This document shows, piece by piece, positions 51,570-60,665 of a stretch of 64,000 bases of DNA (its first letter is position 1; each line of letters starts with the position of its first letter). The notes under the pieces are model-generated. The model had not been told where the DNA came from and did not search any database. It worked only from the letters and a program-made list of their open reading frames with translations. Both the position numbers and the translations under genes were made by a program. Origin of the DNA: Candidatus Methylomirabilia bacterium (GTDB lineage Bacteria > Methylomirabilota > Methylomirabilia > Rokubacteriales > CSP1-6). Location of the stretch: contig JBGPXN010000003.1 in assembly GCA_041492755.1 (NCBI GenBank), positions 13,180 through 77,179 on the forward strand, in the 5' to 3' direction.

Positions 51570-52837
51570 GTCGCCCTAACGACCACGGCCGGGGCGGGTC
51601 GACCGCGGCGGTCCGCGAGCGCGCAGTCGTCGCCGCCCTGCGCCTGCCGACGCAGCGACGCTTCGAAGTGGAAGAGTCGCTCGACGAGCTGGCCGCGCTG
51701 GCGGTCGCGGCCGGGGCGACGGTCGTCCATCGAGCGATCCAGGAGCGGCCGTCGCCGACGCCCGGGCTCTACTTCGGTCGCGGCAAGGTGGAGGAGCTGG
51801 CGGAGACGGCGCGCGCGCAGGGCGCGAACCTCATCATCTGCGACGATCCGCTCTCGCCCATCCAGGAGCGGAACATCTCCAAGGCGACCGGGTTGAAAGT
51901 CATCGACCGGACCGCGCTCATCCTGGACATCTTCGCGCAGCGTGCCCGCACCAGCGAGGGCAAGCTCCAGGTCGAGCTCGCCCAGCTCACCTACCTGCTC
52001 CCGCGACTGGTCGGCCAGTGGACCCACCTCGAGCGTCTCGGCGGTGGTATCGGCACCCGCGGACCGGGTGAGACCCAGCTCGAATCCGACCGGCGCGTGA
52101 TCCGCCGGCGGGTCGAGCGGATCCGGGCCGAGCTGGGGCGCGTGCAGGTCCACCGGCGCCTACAGCGCAAGGGACGCCGCCGCCTGGGGCTGCCCGTGGT
52201 GGCGCTGGTCGGCTACACGAATGCTGGCAAGACCACGCTTTTGAACCGACTCACCGGCGCCAGCTTCACCGCCGCGGACCAGCTCTTCGTGACCCTCGAT
52301 CCGGCGGCGCGCCGCGTGAACGGCGCGGGTCGCCATCCGTTCATCCTCACCGACACCGTCGGCTTCATCCGCAAGCTGCCGCACCAGCTGGTCGCGGCCT
52401 TCCGCGCCACCCTCGAGGAGCTCGCCGACGCTGACGTGCTGCTCCACGTGGTCGACGCCAGCCACCCGGCGCTCGACGAGCACATGGCGGCGGTGGCGGC
52501 GATGCTCCGCGAGCTCGAGGTCGCCGACCGCCTGACCGTGCTCGTGCTGAACAAGGTCGACAAGCTCGAGCATCCGCCGATCGGGCCGCTGGCTCGCGAC
52601 GGCGTGTCGGTGTCGGCCGCGACGGGGGAGGGCCTCGAGGCGCTGCGCGACGCCATCGACGAGGCGCTGCGCCTGCACACCGCCGTCCTTCGGATCCCCC
52701 ACGCCGACGGCGGCGCGCTGGCGCTGTGCTACGCGCGCGGCCGCGTGCTCGCGCGCAGCGAGGAGGACGGGTACGTGCGGCTCGAGGTCGAGCTGCCGCC
52801 CGCGGCGCTCGGCCGGCTGGCCGCCTACCGCGCCTAA
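51566..52837 (+). CDS. hflX: GTPase HflX
   Basis: GTG 51566; DRT.LILDIFA, GTRGPGETQLE, GYTNAGKT, LF.TLDP, DTVGFI, NKVD. Confidence 0.96.
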   Translation: MSRPNDHGRGGSTAAVRERAVVAALRLPTQRRFEVEESLDELAALAVAAGATVVHRAIQERPSPTPGLYFGRGKVEELAETARAQGANLIICDDPLSPIQERNISKATGLKVIDRTALILDIFAQRARTSEGKLQVELAQLTYLLPRLVGQWTHLERLGGGIGTRGPGETQLESDRRVIRRRVERIRAELGRVQVHRRLQRKGRRRLGLPVVALVGYTNAGKTTLLNRLTGASFTAADQLFVTLDPAARRVNGAGRHPFILTDTVGFIRKLPHQLVAAFRATLEELADADVLLHVVDASHPALDEHMAAVAAMLRELEVADRLTVLVLNKVDKLEHPPIGPLARDGVSVSAATGEGLEALRDAIDEALRLHTAVLRIPHADGGALALCYARGRVLARSEEDGYVRLEVELPPAALGRLAAYRA

Positions 52838-52864
52838 CCCCCGGTGCTAGACTGGGGCATCCAC

Positions 52865-53437
52865 ATGGGGCTCGCGAACTGGCTCACCCTGCTCCGGATC
52901 ATGCTCATCCCGGTGATCGTGTCGCTGCTCGTCTACCGCCGGCCGTGGGCCGCGCTCCTCGTCTTCTGCGCCGCCGCGGTGACCGACCTCCTCGACGGCT
53001 ACGTGGCGCGCACGCGTGGTATCCAAAGCCGACTCGGCGCATTCCTCGACCCGACGGCGGACAAGCTGCTGCTCACCGCGTGCTTCATGACGCTGACGTA
53101 CCTCAAGGCGATCCCGTTCTGGATCACCGCGGTCGTGATCACCCGCGACGTCATGCAGGTGGTGGGCGTGCTGCTGATCCAGATGGTGGGCGCCCGTATC
53201 GAGCCGCGCCCGACGTGGGCGGGGAAGATGGCGACCTTTTTCCAGATCCTCACCGTGCTGAGCGGGCTGCTGACGCTGGCCTTCCGCTGGCGGCTCTCGT
53301 TCAACCCCGTGCTCTGGCTGGCCGCCGGCTTCACGATCGTGTCGTTCCTGCAGTACATCGCGATCGGCATGCGTTTCCTGAACGCGGCGAACGCCGACGA
53401 GCGCGACGAGTCGCATGAGCCGACGTTCCTCCGCTGA
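52865..53437 (+). CDS. pgsA: CDP-alcohol phosphatidyltransferase (PgsA-like)
   Basis: ATG 52865; N.LTLLR, TDLLDGYVAR...S.LG..LDP.ADK. Confidence 0.8.
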   Translation: MGLANWLTLLRIMLIPVIVSLLVYRRPWAALLVFCAAAVTDLLDGYVARTRGIQSRLGAFLDPTADKLLLTACFMTLTYLKAIPFWITAVVITRDVMQVVGVLLIQMVGARIEPRPTWAGKMATFFQILTVLSGLLTLAFRWRLSFNPVLWLAAGFTIVSFLQYIAIGMRFLNAANADERDESHEPTFLR

Positions 53438-54824
53438 GCCCTCGCCGGACAATCCTCACGCGCTCCGACTGAGCGCCGGCGGCTGCGCGGAGTCCGGGAC
53501 GCCCGCCGCGGACGCGCCGGGCGTCGTGGTGGCGGCGGTGCGGCGGGGATCGGCGGCCGCGGAGGCCGGGCTCACCGTGGGTGACCGCATCCTCGAGATC
53601 AACGGGCGCGGGTTGCGCGACGCGATCGATTTTCAGTTCTACGCCGCCGACGAGCGCTTGCGGCTCACGGTCGAGCGGGCCGGGCGGGCGCGTCCGTTCG
53701 TGATGGCGGTGCAGCCGCCGCCGGGCGGGCTCGGGCTCGGCCTCGAGCTCGAGCCGCCGCGGCCGCGCGACATCGCCACCTGCAGCAACAAGTGCGTGTT
53801 CTGCTTCATCCACCAGAACCCGCGCGGCCTGCGGCGCAGCCTGTACGTCAAGGACGACGACTTCCGGCTCTCGTTCCTGCACGGCAACTACATCACGCTC
53901 ACCGACCTGGACGAGGCCGCGCTCGCCCGCATCGTCGAGCAGCGCCTGTCGCCGCTCTACGTTTCCGTGCACGCCACCGACCCCGACCTGCGTCACGAGC
54001 TCCTCGGACGCCCCCGCCACTCCGCCGACATCCTTCCGCGGCTGCGACGTCTCGCCCAGGCGGGGATCCGCATGCACGCGCAGGTCGTGCTGTGTCCCGA
54101 CCTCAACGACGGCGCCCAGCTCGAACGGACCGTCTTCGAGCTCGTGCCCCTGCATCCGCAGATCACCACCGTCGCGGTGGTACCGGTCGGCTTGACCCGA
54201 CATCGCGAGCGCCTGCCCCAGCTCCGGACGCTCGAGACGGCGGAGGCGCGCGCGCTCGTGAGCACCGTGGAGGGCTGGCAGGCGCAGCTTCACGCGCGAC
54301 TGGGTACCCGGTTCGTGTTCCTGGCGGACGAGGTCTACCTGCTCGCGGGAGTCGCGTTGCCCGAGTCCGACGCGTACGAAGGCTTCCCCGTCATCGAGGA
54401 CGGCGTCGGCCTCGTGCGACGGTTCGAGGACGATTTCGCCCGGACCCTCGCCCGCCGTCGGCGCACCGCGGAAGCGGCGACGCCGGTGACCGTCGTGACG
54501 GGCGAGATGTACGCGCCGAGGCTGGAGCGCTTGCTCGCCGACGTGCCGGGCGCGCGCGCGCAGGTTGCGGCCGTTCCCAACGAGTTCTACGGCCGGGGTA
54601 TCGGTGTCGCGGGACTGCTGACGGGGCGGGACATCATCCGTCATCTCGGAGCCCAGCCCGACCTCGGTGGCGCGGTGCTCGTCCCTGGCGCCGCGGTGCG
54701 CGACGGCGACGGCGTCTTCCTCGACGACCTCACCCCGGCCGAGCTGGCGCGAGATCTCGGTGTGCCCGTACGGGTCGTCGCGCCCACCGCCGCTGCGCTG
54801 CTCGCCGCGCTCCGTCGCCCCTGA
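53415..54824 (+). CDS. PDZ + radical-SAM-like DUF512 Fe-S protein
   Basis: PDZ (S.A..AGL..GD.I..ING), C.NKC.FCFI.Q.P...R.SLY.KDDD.RLSF..GNYITLT, ADE.YL, AGLLTG.D, FLDD. Confidence 0.9.
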   Translation: MSRRSSAEPSPDNPHALRLSAGGCAESGTPAADAPGVVVAAVRRGSAAAEAGLTVGDRILEINGRGLRDAIDFQFYAADERLRLTVERAGRARPFVMAVQPPPGGLGLGLELEPPRPRDIATCSNKCVFCFIHQNPRGLRRSLYVKDDDFRLSFLHGNYITLTDLDEAALARIVEQRLSPLYVSVHATDPDLRHELLGRPRHSADILPRLRRLAQAGIRMHAQVVLCPDLNDGAQLERTVFELVPLHPQITTVAVVPVGLTRHRERLPQLRTLETAEARALVSTVEGWQAQLHARLGTRFVFLADEVYLLAGVALPESDAYEGFPVIEDGVGLVRRFEDDFARTLARRRRTAEAATPVTVVTGEMYAPRLERLLADVPGARAQVAAVPNEFYGRGIGVAGLLTGRDIIRHLGAQPDLGGAVLVPGAAVRDGDGVFLDDLTPAELARDLGVPVRVVAPTAAALLAALRRP

Positions 54825-54829
54825 TCGTC

Positions 54830-56185
54830 GTGACGGCCGTCGACCTGCCGCGGCCGATCATCGCCATCGTCGGGCGGCCCAACGTCGGGAAATCCACGCT
54901 CTTCAACCGGCTCATCGGCCGGCGCCAGGCGCTCGTGCGCGACGTGCCGGGCGTGACCCGTGACCGCCTGTACGGCCCGCTGGAGTTCGAGCGCTGGCAG
55001 GCGACGGTGGTCGACACCGGTGGGTTCGACCCGGTCTCCGACGAGCCGCTCATCGAAGGCGTTCGCCGTCAGGTGCTGACCGCGGTCGAAGAGGCCGACC
55101 TCGTGCTGTTCGTCGTCGACGCGCGCGATGGCGTGACCGCGCTCGACGAGGAGATCGCGGCGATCCTGCGCCGCGCCGACCGTCCCGTGATCCTCGTCGC
55201 CGCCAAGGTGGAGACCGACGCCCAGGCGGCTGGGTTCGGCGAGCTGTTCCGCCTGGGCTTCGGGGCGCCGCTGCCGGTGTCGGGCGAGCATGGCCGCGGC
55301 GTCTCCGAGCTGCTCGAAGCCGTGCGCGCGCGGGTCCCGGCCGTGACGCCGCCGCCCCCGGCCGCGGCGGCCACCCGCATCGCCGTGATCGGGCGGCCCA
55401 ACGTCGGCAAGTCGTCACTCGTGAACGCGATGGTCGGCGCCGAGCGCGTGCTCGTGCACGAGCAGCCGGGCACGACTCGCGACGCCGTGGACACGGCGAT
55501 CACGTACCGCGGCCGCGGCTACGTCCTCGTCGACACGGCCGGCATCCGCCGCAAGGGCCGCGTCACCGAGCCGTTGGAGAAGCTCGCGGTGGTGATGGCG
55601 CTCAAAGGGCTCGAGCGCTCGCAGGTCGCGCTGCTCGTGCTGGACGCGACCGAAGGGCTCGCGTCCCAGGATGCGCACATCGGCGGGTACGCGCACGAAG
55701 CCGGCCGCGCGGCCGTCCTCGTCGTGAACAAGTGGGATCTCGTGCCGCACGGCATGGTCAATCGGGCGGAAGTCACCGATCAGATCCGTGACCGCCTGCC
55801 GTTCCTGGACTACGCGCCGATCTGCTTCACCTCGGCCACCGAGGGGCGGGGATTGCCGGAGCTGTTCGACGCCGTGGACGAAGTCGCCGCGGCGGCCCGG
55901 CGGCGCGTGTCCGCGGGCGAGCTGGCCGAGGCGCTGCGCGCGGCGATCGCGCGCCGCCCGATCACGATCGGCGGCGTACCGCTGACCCTGCAGTCGGCGC
56001 AGCAGGTGGGCGACAATCCGCCGACCTTCGCGCTGCGGGTGAACAAGCCCGGCGAGATTCACTTCTCCTACGAGCGGTACCTCGTCAAGGCCCTGCGCCA
56101 GGCGTTCGGCTTCAACGGCTCGCCGATCCGTCTGTCGTTCCGGCGCGCGGCCGGCCGTCGGCCCCGCCGCGCGGCGGGGCGATGA
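54830..56185 (+). CDS. der: Ribosome biogenesis GTPase Der (EngA)
   Basis: GTG 54830; two GRPNVGKS G-domains, GVTRD/GTTRD, DTGG/DTAG, NKWD, PPTF KH-like tail. Confidence 0.95.
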   Translation: MTAVDLPRPIIAIVGRPNVGKSTLFNRLIGRRQALVRDVPGVTRDRLYGPLEFERWQATVVDTGGFDPVSDEPLIEGVRRQVLTAVEEADLVLFVVDARDGVTALDEEIAAILRRADRPVILVAAKVETDAQAAGFGELFRLGFGAPLPVSGEHGRGVSELLEAVRARVPAVTPPPPAAAATRIAVIGRPNVGKSSLVNAMVGAERVLVHEQPGTTRDAVDTAITYRGRGYVLVDTAGIRRKGRVTEPLEKLAVVMALKGLERSQVALLVLDATEGLASQDAHIGGYAHEAGRAAVLVVNKWDLVPHGMVNRAEVTDQIRDRLPFLDYAPICFTSATEGRGLPELFDAVDEVAAAARRRVSAGELAEALRAAIARRPITIGGVPLTLQSAQQVGDNPPTFALRVNKPGEIHFSYERYLVKALRQAFGFNGSPIRLSFRRAAGRRPRRAAGR

Positions 56186-57069
56186 GTCCCATGCCGGCGC
56201 GGCGGCGCGTGCTCGCGATCGTCGGGCTCGGTGTGCTGGTCGTCGCGGCCGCGCTCATGCTTCTGAGCCCACGCCACCGCGAGTTCTACTTCGGCACCGC
56301 CCGGCGGGCGAGCACGCCGGTGAAGCAGGTCGCCACCGACGTCGCTTCGGGCGTCGCATCCGGCGTGCGTATCGCGATGACCGGGCCGCCGGCCGAGATC
56401 AAGCCGGTGGCGATATCGACGCGGGGCCGCACGCTCGCGATGGACCCGGATGGCCGGCTCCGAGTGCCGATCACGACCGAGACGCCTCTCCCGCGCTTGC
56501 CGGCGGACGGTGTGCCCAAGGGCTGGGAGCTCCGCGAGTTCACCGGGCGCGCCGATGTTCAGATGATCCGCGCGCCGCAGGGCCTGGCCGTGCTGCTCAA
56601 GGCCGATCGCACGTCATTCGCGCTCTACCGCGACGTCATCGTGGATCTGGACGTGCTGCCGCGGCTGTCGTGGACGTGGCGGGTGACGAAGCTGCCGTTG
56701 CGCGGCGACGTGCGGCAGAAGGCGAGCGACGACCAGGCCGCCCAGGTGTACGTGATCTTTCCGCGCTGGCCGTCGCCGCGCGCGACGAGCGACGTGATCG
56801 GCTACGTCTGGGATTCGACCGCGCCGGTCGGCACCACGATCGTCAGCCCGCACGCCTCGAACGTTCGGGTCGTCGTGGTGGAGTCCGGGCCCGGCCAGCT
56901 CAATTCCTGGCAGCGCCAGGAGCGCGACGTCGCCGCGGACTTCGCCGGCCTGTTCGGCCGGCGGCCGTCCCGGGTTGGCGGCGTGGCCGTCATGATCGAT
57001 GCCAACGATACCGCCAGCACGGCGGAGGCGGCGATCGGCCACCTGACATTCTCCCGGCCCCCGTCGTAA
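56182..57069 (+). CDS. Membrane-anchored DUF3047 protein
   Basis: N-terminal TM; L.W.W.V..LP, K..DD.AA.VYV.F, Y.WD, VV.SG, W....RDV..D....FG, MID.NDT. Confidence 0.8.
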   Translation: MSPMPARRRVLAIVGLGVLVVAAALMLLSPRHREFYFGTARRASTPVKQVATDVASGVASGVRIAMTGPPAEIKPVAISTRGRTLAMDPDGRLRVPITTETPLPRLPADGVPKGWELREFTGRADVQMIRAPQGLAVLLKADRTSFALYRDVIVDLDVLPRLSWTWRVTKLPLRGDVRQKASDDQAAQVYVIFPRWPSPRATSDVIGYVWDSTAPVGTTIVSPHASNVRVVVVESGPGQLNSWQRQERDVAADFAGLFGRRPSRVGGVAVMIDANDTASTAEAAIGHLTFSRPPS

Positions 57070-57116
57070 ACGGGTCGGGCGCCGGGGTAAACCCGCCGGC
57101 CCCCGTCGTAAACCCG
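57054..57116 (+). repeat. Three tandem 21-bp units, each with GTAAAC
   Basis: CCGGCCCCCGTCGTAAAC at 57054 and 57096; GTAAAC at 57066, 57087, 57108. Confidence 0.75.
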
Positions 57117-57197
57117 TCGCGGAAAAGAAGGAAATGGCAGCCCCTATGCTAAGATCACGCGCATGGTTGGGGCTGCCCGAAGGTCGGAGACGGCCGG

Positions 57198-58262
57198 TTG
57201 AGTCCCGATCGCGACGATGATCTTCGGGACACCATCGTGGACGAGCCTCGCAGCATCTTCTCCGCGTTCTGGTTTCGGATCGTTCTGGTCATCCTCGCGC
57301 TGGGTGTCGTTGCCGCCATCGGGCTGCCCTATCTCCTGGACGTGATCGCGCCGTCGGCGCCTCGGACGACGCGCAAGCCGATGCAAGCGCGTGCGGTGGC
57401 CGCGCCGGAGCAAACGCCCGTGGTCGCGGTCGCGGCCGCGCCTGCCGTTGCCGCGTCCGAGTCGCCGCCGGCGCCGACGACTCGGGTGACTCCGACCGTG
57501 CCGGCTCCCGCAGCCGCCAAACCCGCGCCCGCCACTCCGCCGACACGGGTGGCGGCGCCGCCGACTCCCGCGGCACCGGTGCCGTCGTCGCGGCCGCTGC
57601 AATCGCCCGCGACGACGTCGGGCAGCGTGGCCGTGGTCGGGAGGGTCGCCGAGGCGCCGAAGCGCGTGGCCGCCGCGCCCAAGGCCGGCGCGACCGCGGA
57701 GAAAGCGTCGGCGTCGAGTTCCGCCACGCCGGCAGCCAAGGCCCCGGCGCTCGCGGCCCAGGATGCGGCCGGCGGGTACTGGGTCCAGGTCGGCGCGTTC
57801 CGCGATCCGAACACGGCCAAGCGGGTCGCCGCGAGTCTGCGCGGCAAGAAATTTCGGGTCGACGAGTCGGTGAAGCTGGCGGCGGCGCCAGCGCCGACGC
57901 CGACGGCGCTGTCCGAAGGCGATCGCTATAGCGTCGTCGTTTCCGGACGGCCGCCCGAAGACATCAAGAACGCCCTGAGCGCGAAATCGCTGCGGGCCGA
58001 GCCGGCGAGCGCAGGCTGGACGATCGTGCCTGCCATGCCGCTGGCCGAGGCGGTGGCGCTGTCCCGTGATCTCGCCGTGGATGGCCTGACCGTGCAGGTC
58101 CGCCGCGCGGGCACCGCATCGCGGCCCGCGGCCGACCCCAACGCCGAGCCACTGCATCGCGTACGCGTCGGTCCCTACCCCGATCGTCCGGCCGCAGTCG
58201 CGGTGGTCCGGCAGCTCGAGACCGCCGGCTACAAGCCGTTCATCGCCCGGGGTTCGGAGTGA
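57198..58262 (+). CDS. SPOR-domain cell division protein (TM, Pro/Ala linker, SPOR)
   Basis: Single TM, P/A/T-rich linker, YWVQVGAF...A, HRVRVGPY..R..A......L...G. Confidence 0.85.
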   Translation: MSPDRDDDLRDTIVDEPRSIFSAFWFRIVLVILALGVVAAIGLPYLLDVIAPSAPRTTRKPMQARAVAAPEQTPVVAVAAAPAVAASESPPAPTTRVTPTVPAPAAAKPAPATPPTRVAAPPTPAAPVPSSRPLQSPATTSGSVAVVGRVAEAPKRVAAAPKAGATAEKASASSSATPAAKAPALAAQDAAGGYWVQVGAFRDPNTAKRVAASLRGKKFRVDESVKLAAAPAPTPTALSEGDRYSVVVSGRPPEDIKNALSAKSLRAEPASAGWTIVPAMPLAEAVALSRDLAVDGLTVQVRRAGTASRPAADPNAEPLHRVRVGPYPDRPAAVAVVRQLETAGYKPFIARGSE

Positions 58263-58281
58263 GCGCTCCGCCCGAGAGGAG

Positions 58282-58581
58282 GTGACGGGTTCAGTGACGA
58301 AGAACGATCTCGTGAACTCGGTGGCGGCGCACGGGCTGTCCAAGCGGCAGTCGGCGTCGGTCGTCGAGTCCGTGTTCGACATCATCTTCAACTGCTTCGA
58401 GAAGAGCGAGGACGTGAAGATCGTCGGGTTCGGTCACTTCCGCATCCGGCGCAAGGCGTCGCGGCGGGGACGCAATCCGCAGACGGGCTCCAGCATCGAG
58501 ATCACCGCCCGCAAGGTGCTGACGTTCAAGCCGAGCAAGGGGCTCAAGCAGCGGATCAACAGCCGCTCAGCGCCGGCGTGA
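58282..58581 (+). CDS. ihfA: Integration host factor alpha / HU family
   Basis: TK.DL, VKI.GFG.F..R.K..R.GRNPQTG..I.I.AR.VLTFKPS; ihfA-merR-tRNAPro context. Confidence 0.88.
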   Translation: MTGSVTKNDLVNSVAAHGLSKRQSASVVESVFDIIFNCFEKSEDVKIVGFGHFRIRRKASRRGRNPQTGSSIEITARKVLTFKPSKGLKQRINSRSAPA

Positions 58582-58937
58582 CCACTGCCGTCCTCGACAA
58601 GCTCTACTACCGCATCGGCGAGGTGGAGGCGATCACCGGCGTCCCCGCCTACGTGCTGCGCTACTGGGAATCGGAGTTCAAGCTGCTGCGACCCAAGAAG
58701 AACCCGGCCGGGCAGCGCGTCTACCGCCGGCGCGACGTCGAGCTCGTGCTCCGGATCAAGAGCCTCCTCTACGACGAGCGGCTCACCCTGGAAGGCGCCA
58801 AGAAGCGGCTGCTCGCCGAAGCCCGCCGGGGCAATGGTGATCAGCTCACGCTCGGGATGCCCGATCCCGCGTACGTCAGCGCCCTGCGCCGCGTGCGCGA
58901 CCGTCTCACCGTCCTTCGCGCCCGCCTCGGTTCCTGA
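58578..58937 (+). CDS. Small MerR-family DNA-binding protein
   Basis: KLYYRIGEV, YVLRYWESEF..L.P.K...GQR.Y, IK.LLY....T.EGAK. Confidence 0.92.
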   Translation: MTTAVLDKLYYRIGEVEAITGVPAYVLRYWESEFKLLRPKKNPAGQRVYRRRDVELVLRIKSLLYDERLTLEGAKKRLLAEARRGNGDQLTLGMPDPAYVSALRRVRDRLTVLRARLGS

Positions 58938-58988
58938 TGGCTTCCTTGCTGTGCGCCGACGTTTCTGGGACAATCACGGGCTAGCAGT

Positions 58989-59065
58989 CGGGGCGTGGCG
59001 CAGCCTGGTAGCGCGTCGGACTGGGGGTCCGAAGGTCGGAGGTTCAAGTCCTCTCGCCCCGACCA
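58989..59065 (+). tRNA. tRNA-Pro (anticodon GGG)
   Basis: 77-nt cloverleaf CGGGGCG...CGCCCCG-ACCA; anticodon arm TCGGA-CT-GGG-GG-TCCGA; GGTTCAAGTCC T-arm. Confidence 0.97.
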
Positions 59066-59077
59066 CTTCTTCCCCTG

Positions 59078-59848
59078 ATGGCCGTTCTCCTGGTCACCAA
59101 CGACGATGGTGTGCACGCGGCGGGCCTCGCCGCGCTCGCGCACGCGCTGGAGCCGCTCGGTGACGTCTACGTGATCGCGCCCGAGCGCGAGCAGAGCGCC
59201 TGCGGCCACGCGCTCACGCTGCACCGGCCGATCACCCCGCGCCGCCTCCGCGAGCGCTGGCACTCCGTCAATGGCACGCCGTCGGACTGCGTGAACCTCG
59301 GCGTGCTCGGCTTCCTGCCCGAGCGTCCCGTGCTCGTCGTCTCCGGGATCAACCACGGCTCGAACCTCGGCGACGACGTCACGTACTCCGGAACGGTGTC
59401 GGCGGCAATGGAGGGAACGCTGCTCGGCGTGCCGTCCATCGCGATCTCGCAGATGGAGGGTGGCGATTTCACCGAGGCCGGGCAGGTGGCCCGACTGGTG
59501 GCGGCGCGCGTGCTCGTCGAAGGATTGCCGGCGAAGACCTTGATCAACGTCAACGTGCCCGCCGTTGCGCCGAAGGGCATCCGGATCACGCGACTCGGCC
59601 ACCGCACGTACTCGGACAAGATCGTCGAGCACGTGGACCCACGCGGGCGCACGCATTACTGGATCGGCGGTGGCGCGCCGCGGTGGGAGGCCCTGGAGCA
59701 TTCCGACGTCGGCGCGGTGCACGAGGGCTTCGTCGCGGTCACGCCGGTCCACCTCGATCTGACGAACCATCGCGCGGTCGCGCACCTTGCCGACTGGTCC
59801 GGCGCGCTCAGCAGCCAGCTCAGGAGCCGGCGGCCGCCACCCGCATGA
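59078..59848 (+). CDS. surE: 5'/3'-nucleotidase SurE
   Basis: LVTNDDG, AP..EQS, GTP.DCV, SGIN.G.N.G.DVTYSGTV.AA.EG. Confidence 0.96.
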   Translation: MAVLLVTNDDGVHAAGLAALAHALEPLGDVYVIAPEREQSACGHALTLHRPITPRRLRERWHSVNGTPSDCVNLGVLGFLPERPVLVVSGINHGSNLGDDVTYSGTVSAAMEGTLLGVPSIAISQMEGGDFTEAGQVARLVAARVLVEGLPAKTLINVNVPAVAPKGIRITRLGHRTYSDKIVEHVDPRGRTHYWIGGGAPRWEALEHSDVGAVHEGFVAVTPVHLDLTNHRAVAHLADWSGALSSQLRSRRPPPA

Positions 59849-60501
59849 TGACGGATCGCGTCGGGTTCGAGCGGGAGCGCGAGCGGATGGTCCACGAGCA
59901 ACTGGTGGGCCGTGGCATCGCCGACGAGCGGGTGCTGGCCGCCATGCGACGCGTGCCGCGCCATCGCTTCGTCGAGGAGGCGCTGCGCGATCGGGCGTAC
60001 GGCGATCACGCGCTGCCGATCGGCGAGCAGCAGACGATCTCGCAGCCCTACATCGTCGCGCTGATGACGTCGCTGCTCGAATTGCGAGGGACCGAGAAGG
60101 TGCTCGAGGTCGGCACCGGCTCGGGTTACCAGACCGCCGTGCTCGCTGAGCTGGCGCGGCGCGTCTGTACGGTCGAGCGCCTGCCCGGTCTCGCGCTGCG
60201 GGCGCGCGCGCTCATCGAAGGCCTCGGGTACACCAACGTGTGGGTGCGGGTGGGCAGCGGCACGCTCGGCTGGCCCGACGAGGCGCCGTTCGATCGCATT
60301 CTCGTCACCGCCGGCGGACCCGCGATACCGCCGCCGCTGTTCCAGCAGCTCGCCGACGGCGGGCGGATGGTGCTGCCGGTCGGCGAGATGACCAATCAGG
60401 TGCTCACGGTGGTCGAGAACGTCGGCGGGCGGATGCGCACGACGCCCCACGGCGATTGCAGCTTCGTGAAGCTGGTCGGCAAGTATGCTTGGAACGCGTG
60501 A
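59845..60501 (+). CDS. pcm: Protein-L-isoaspartate O-methyltransferase
   Basis: ATG 59845; VPRH.FV, QTISQPYIV, VLEVGTGSGYQTA, APFDRI.VTA, FV.L. Confidence 0.96.
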   Translation: MMTDRVGFERERERMVHEQLVGRGIADERVLAAMRRVPRHRFVEEALRDRAYGDHALPIGEQQTISQPYIVALMTSLLELRGTEKVLEVGTGSGYQTAVLAELARRVCTVERLPGLALRARALIEGLGYTNVWVRVGSGTLGWPDEAPFDRILVTAGGPAIPPPLFQQLADGGRMVLPVGEMTNQVLTVVENVGGRMRTTPHGDCSFVKLVGKYAWNA

Positions 60502-60523
60502 GCGTGTACACTAAACCGGTCGA

Positions 60524-60600
<77 letters not shown>

Positions 60601-60608
60601 TCCCTTCT

Positions 60609-60656
60609 CCGATCGCCGACCGGTCGCCTCGCGCGGCCGGTCGGCGATCGGCCTTT
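60609..60656 (+). terminator. Strong hairpin after tRNA-Pro(CGG); terminator or processing signal
   Basis: 19-bp stem (60609-60627 with 60633-60651, one G.T pair) followed by CCTTT; short U tract. Confidence 0.55.
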
Positions 60657-60665
60657 CACATCGCC

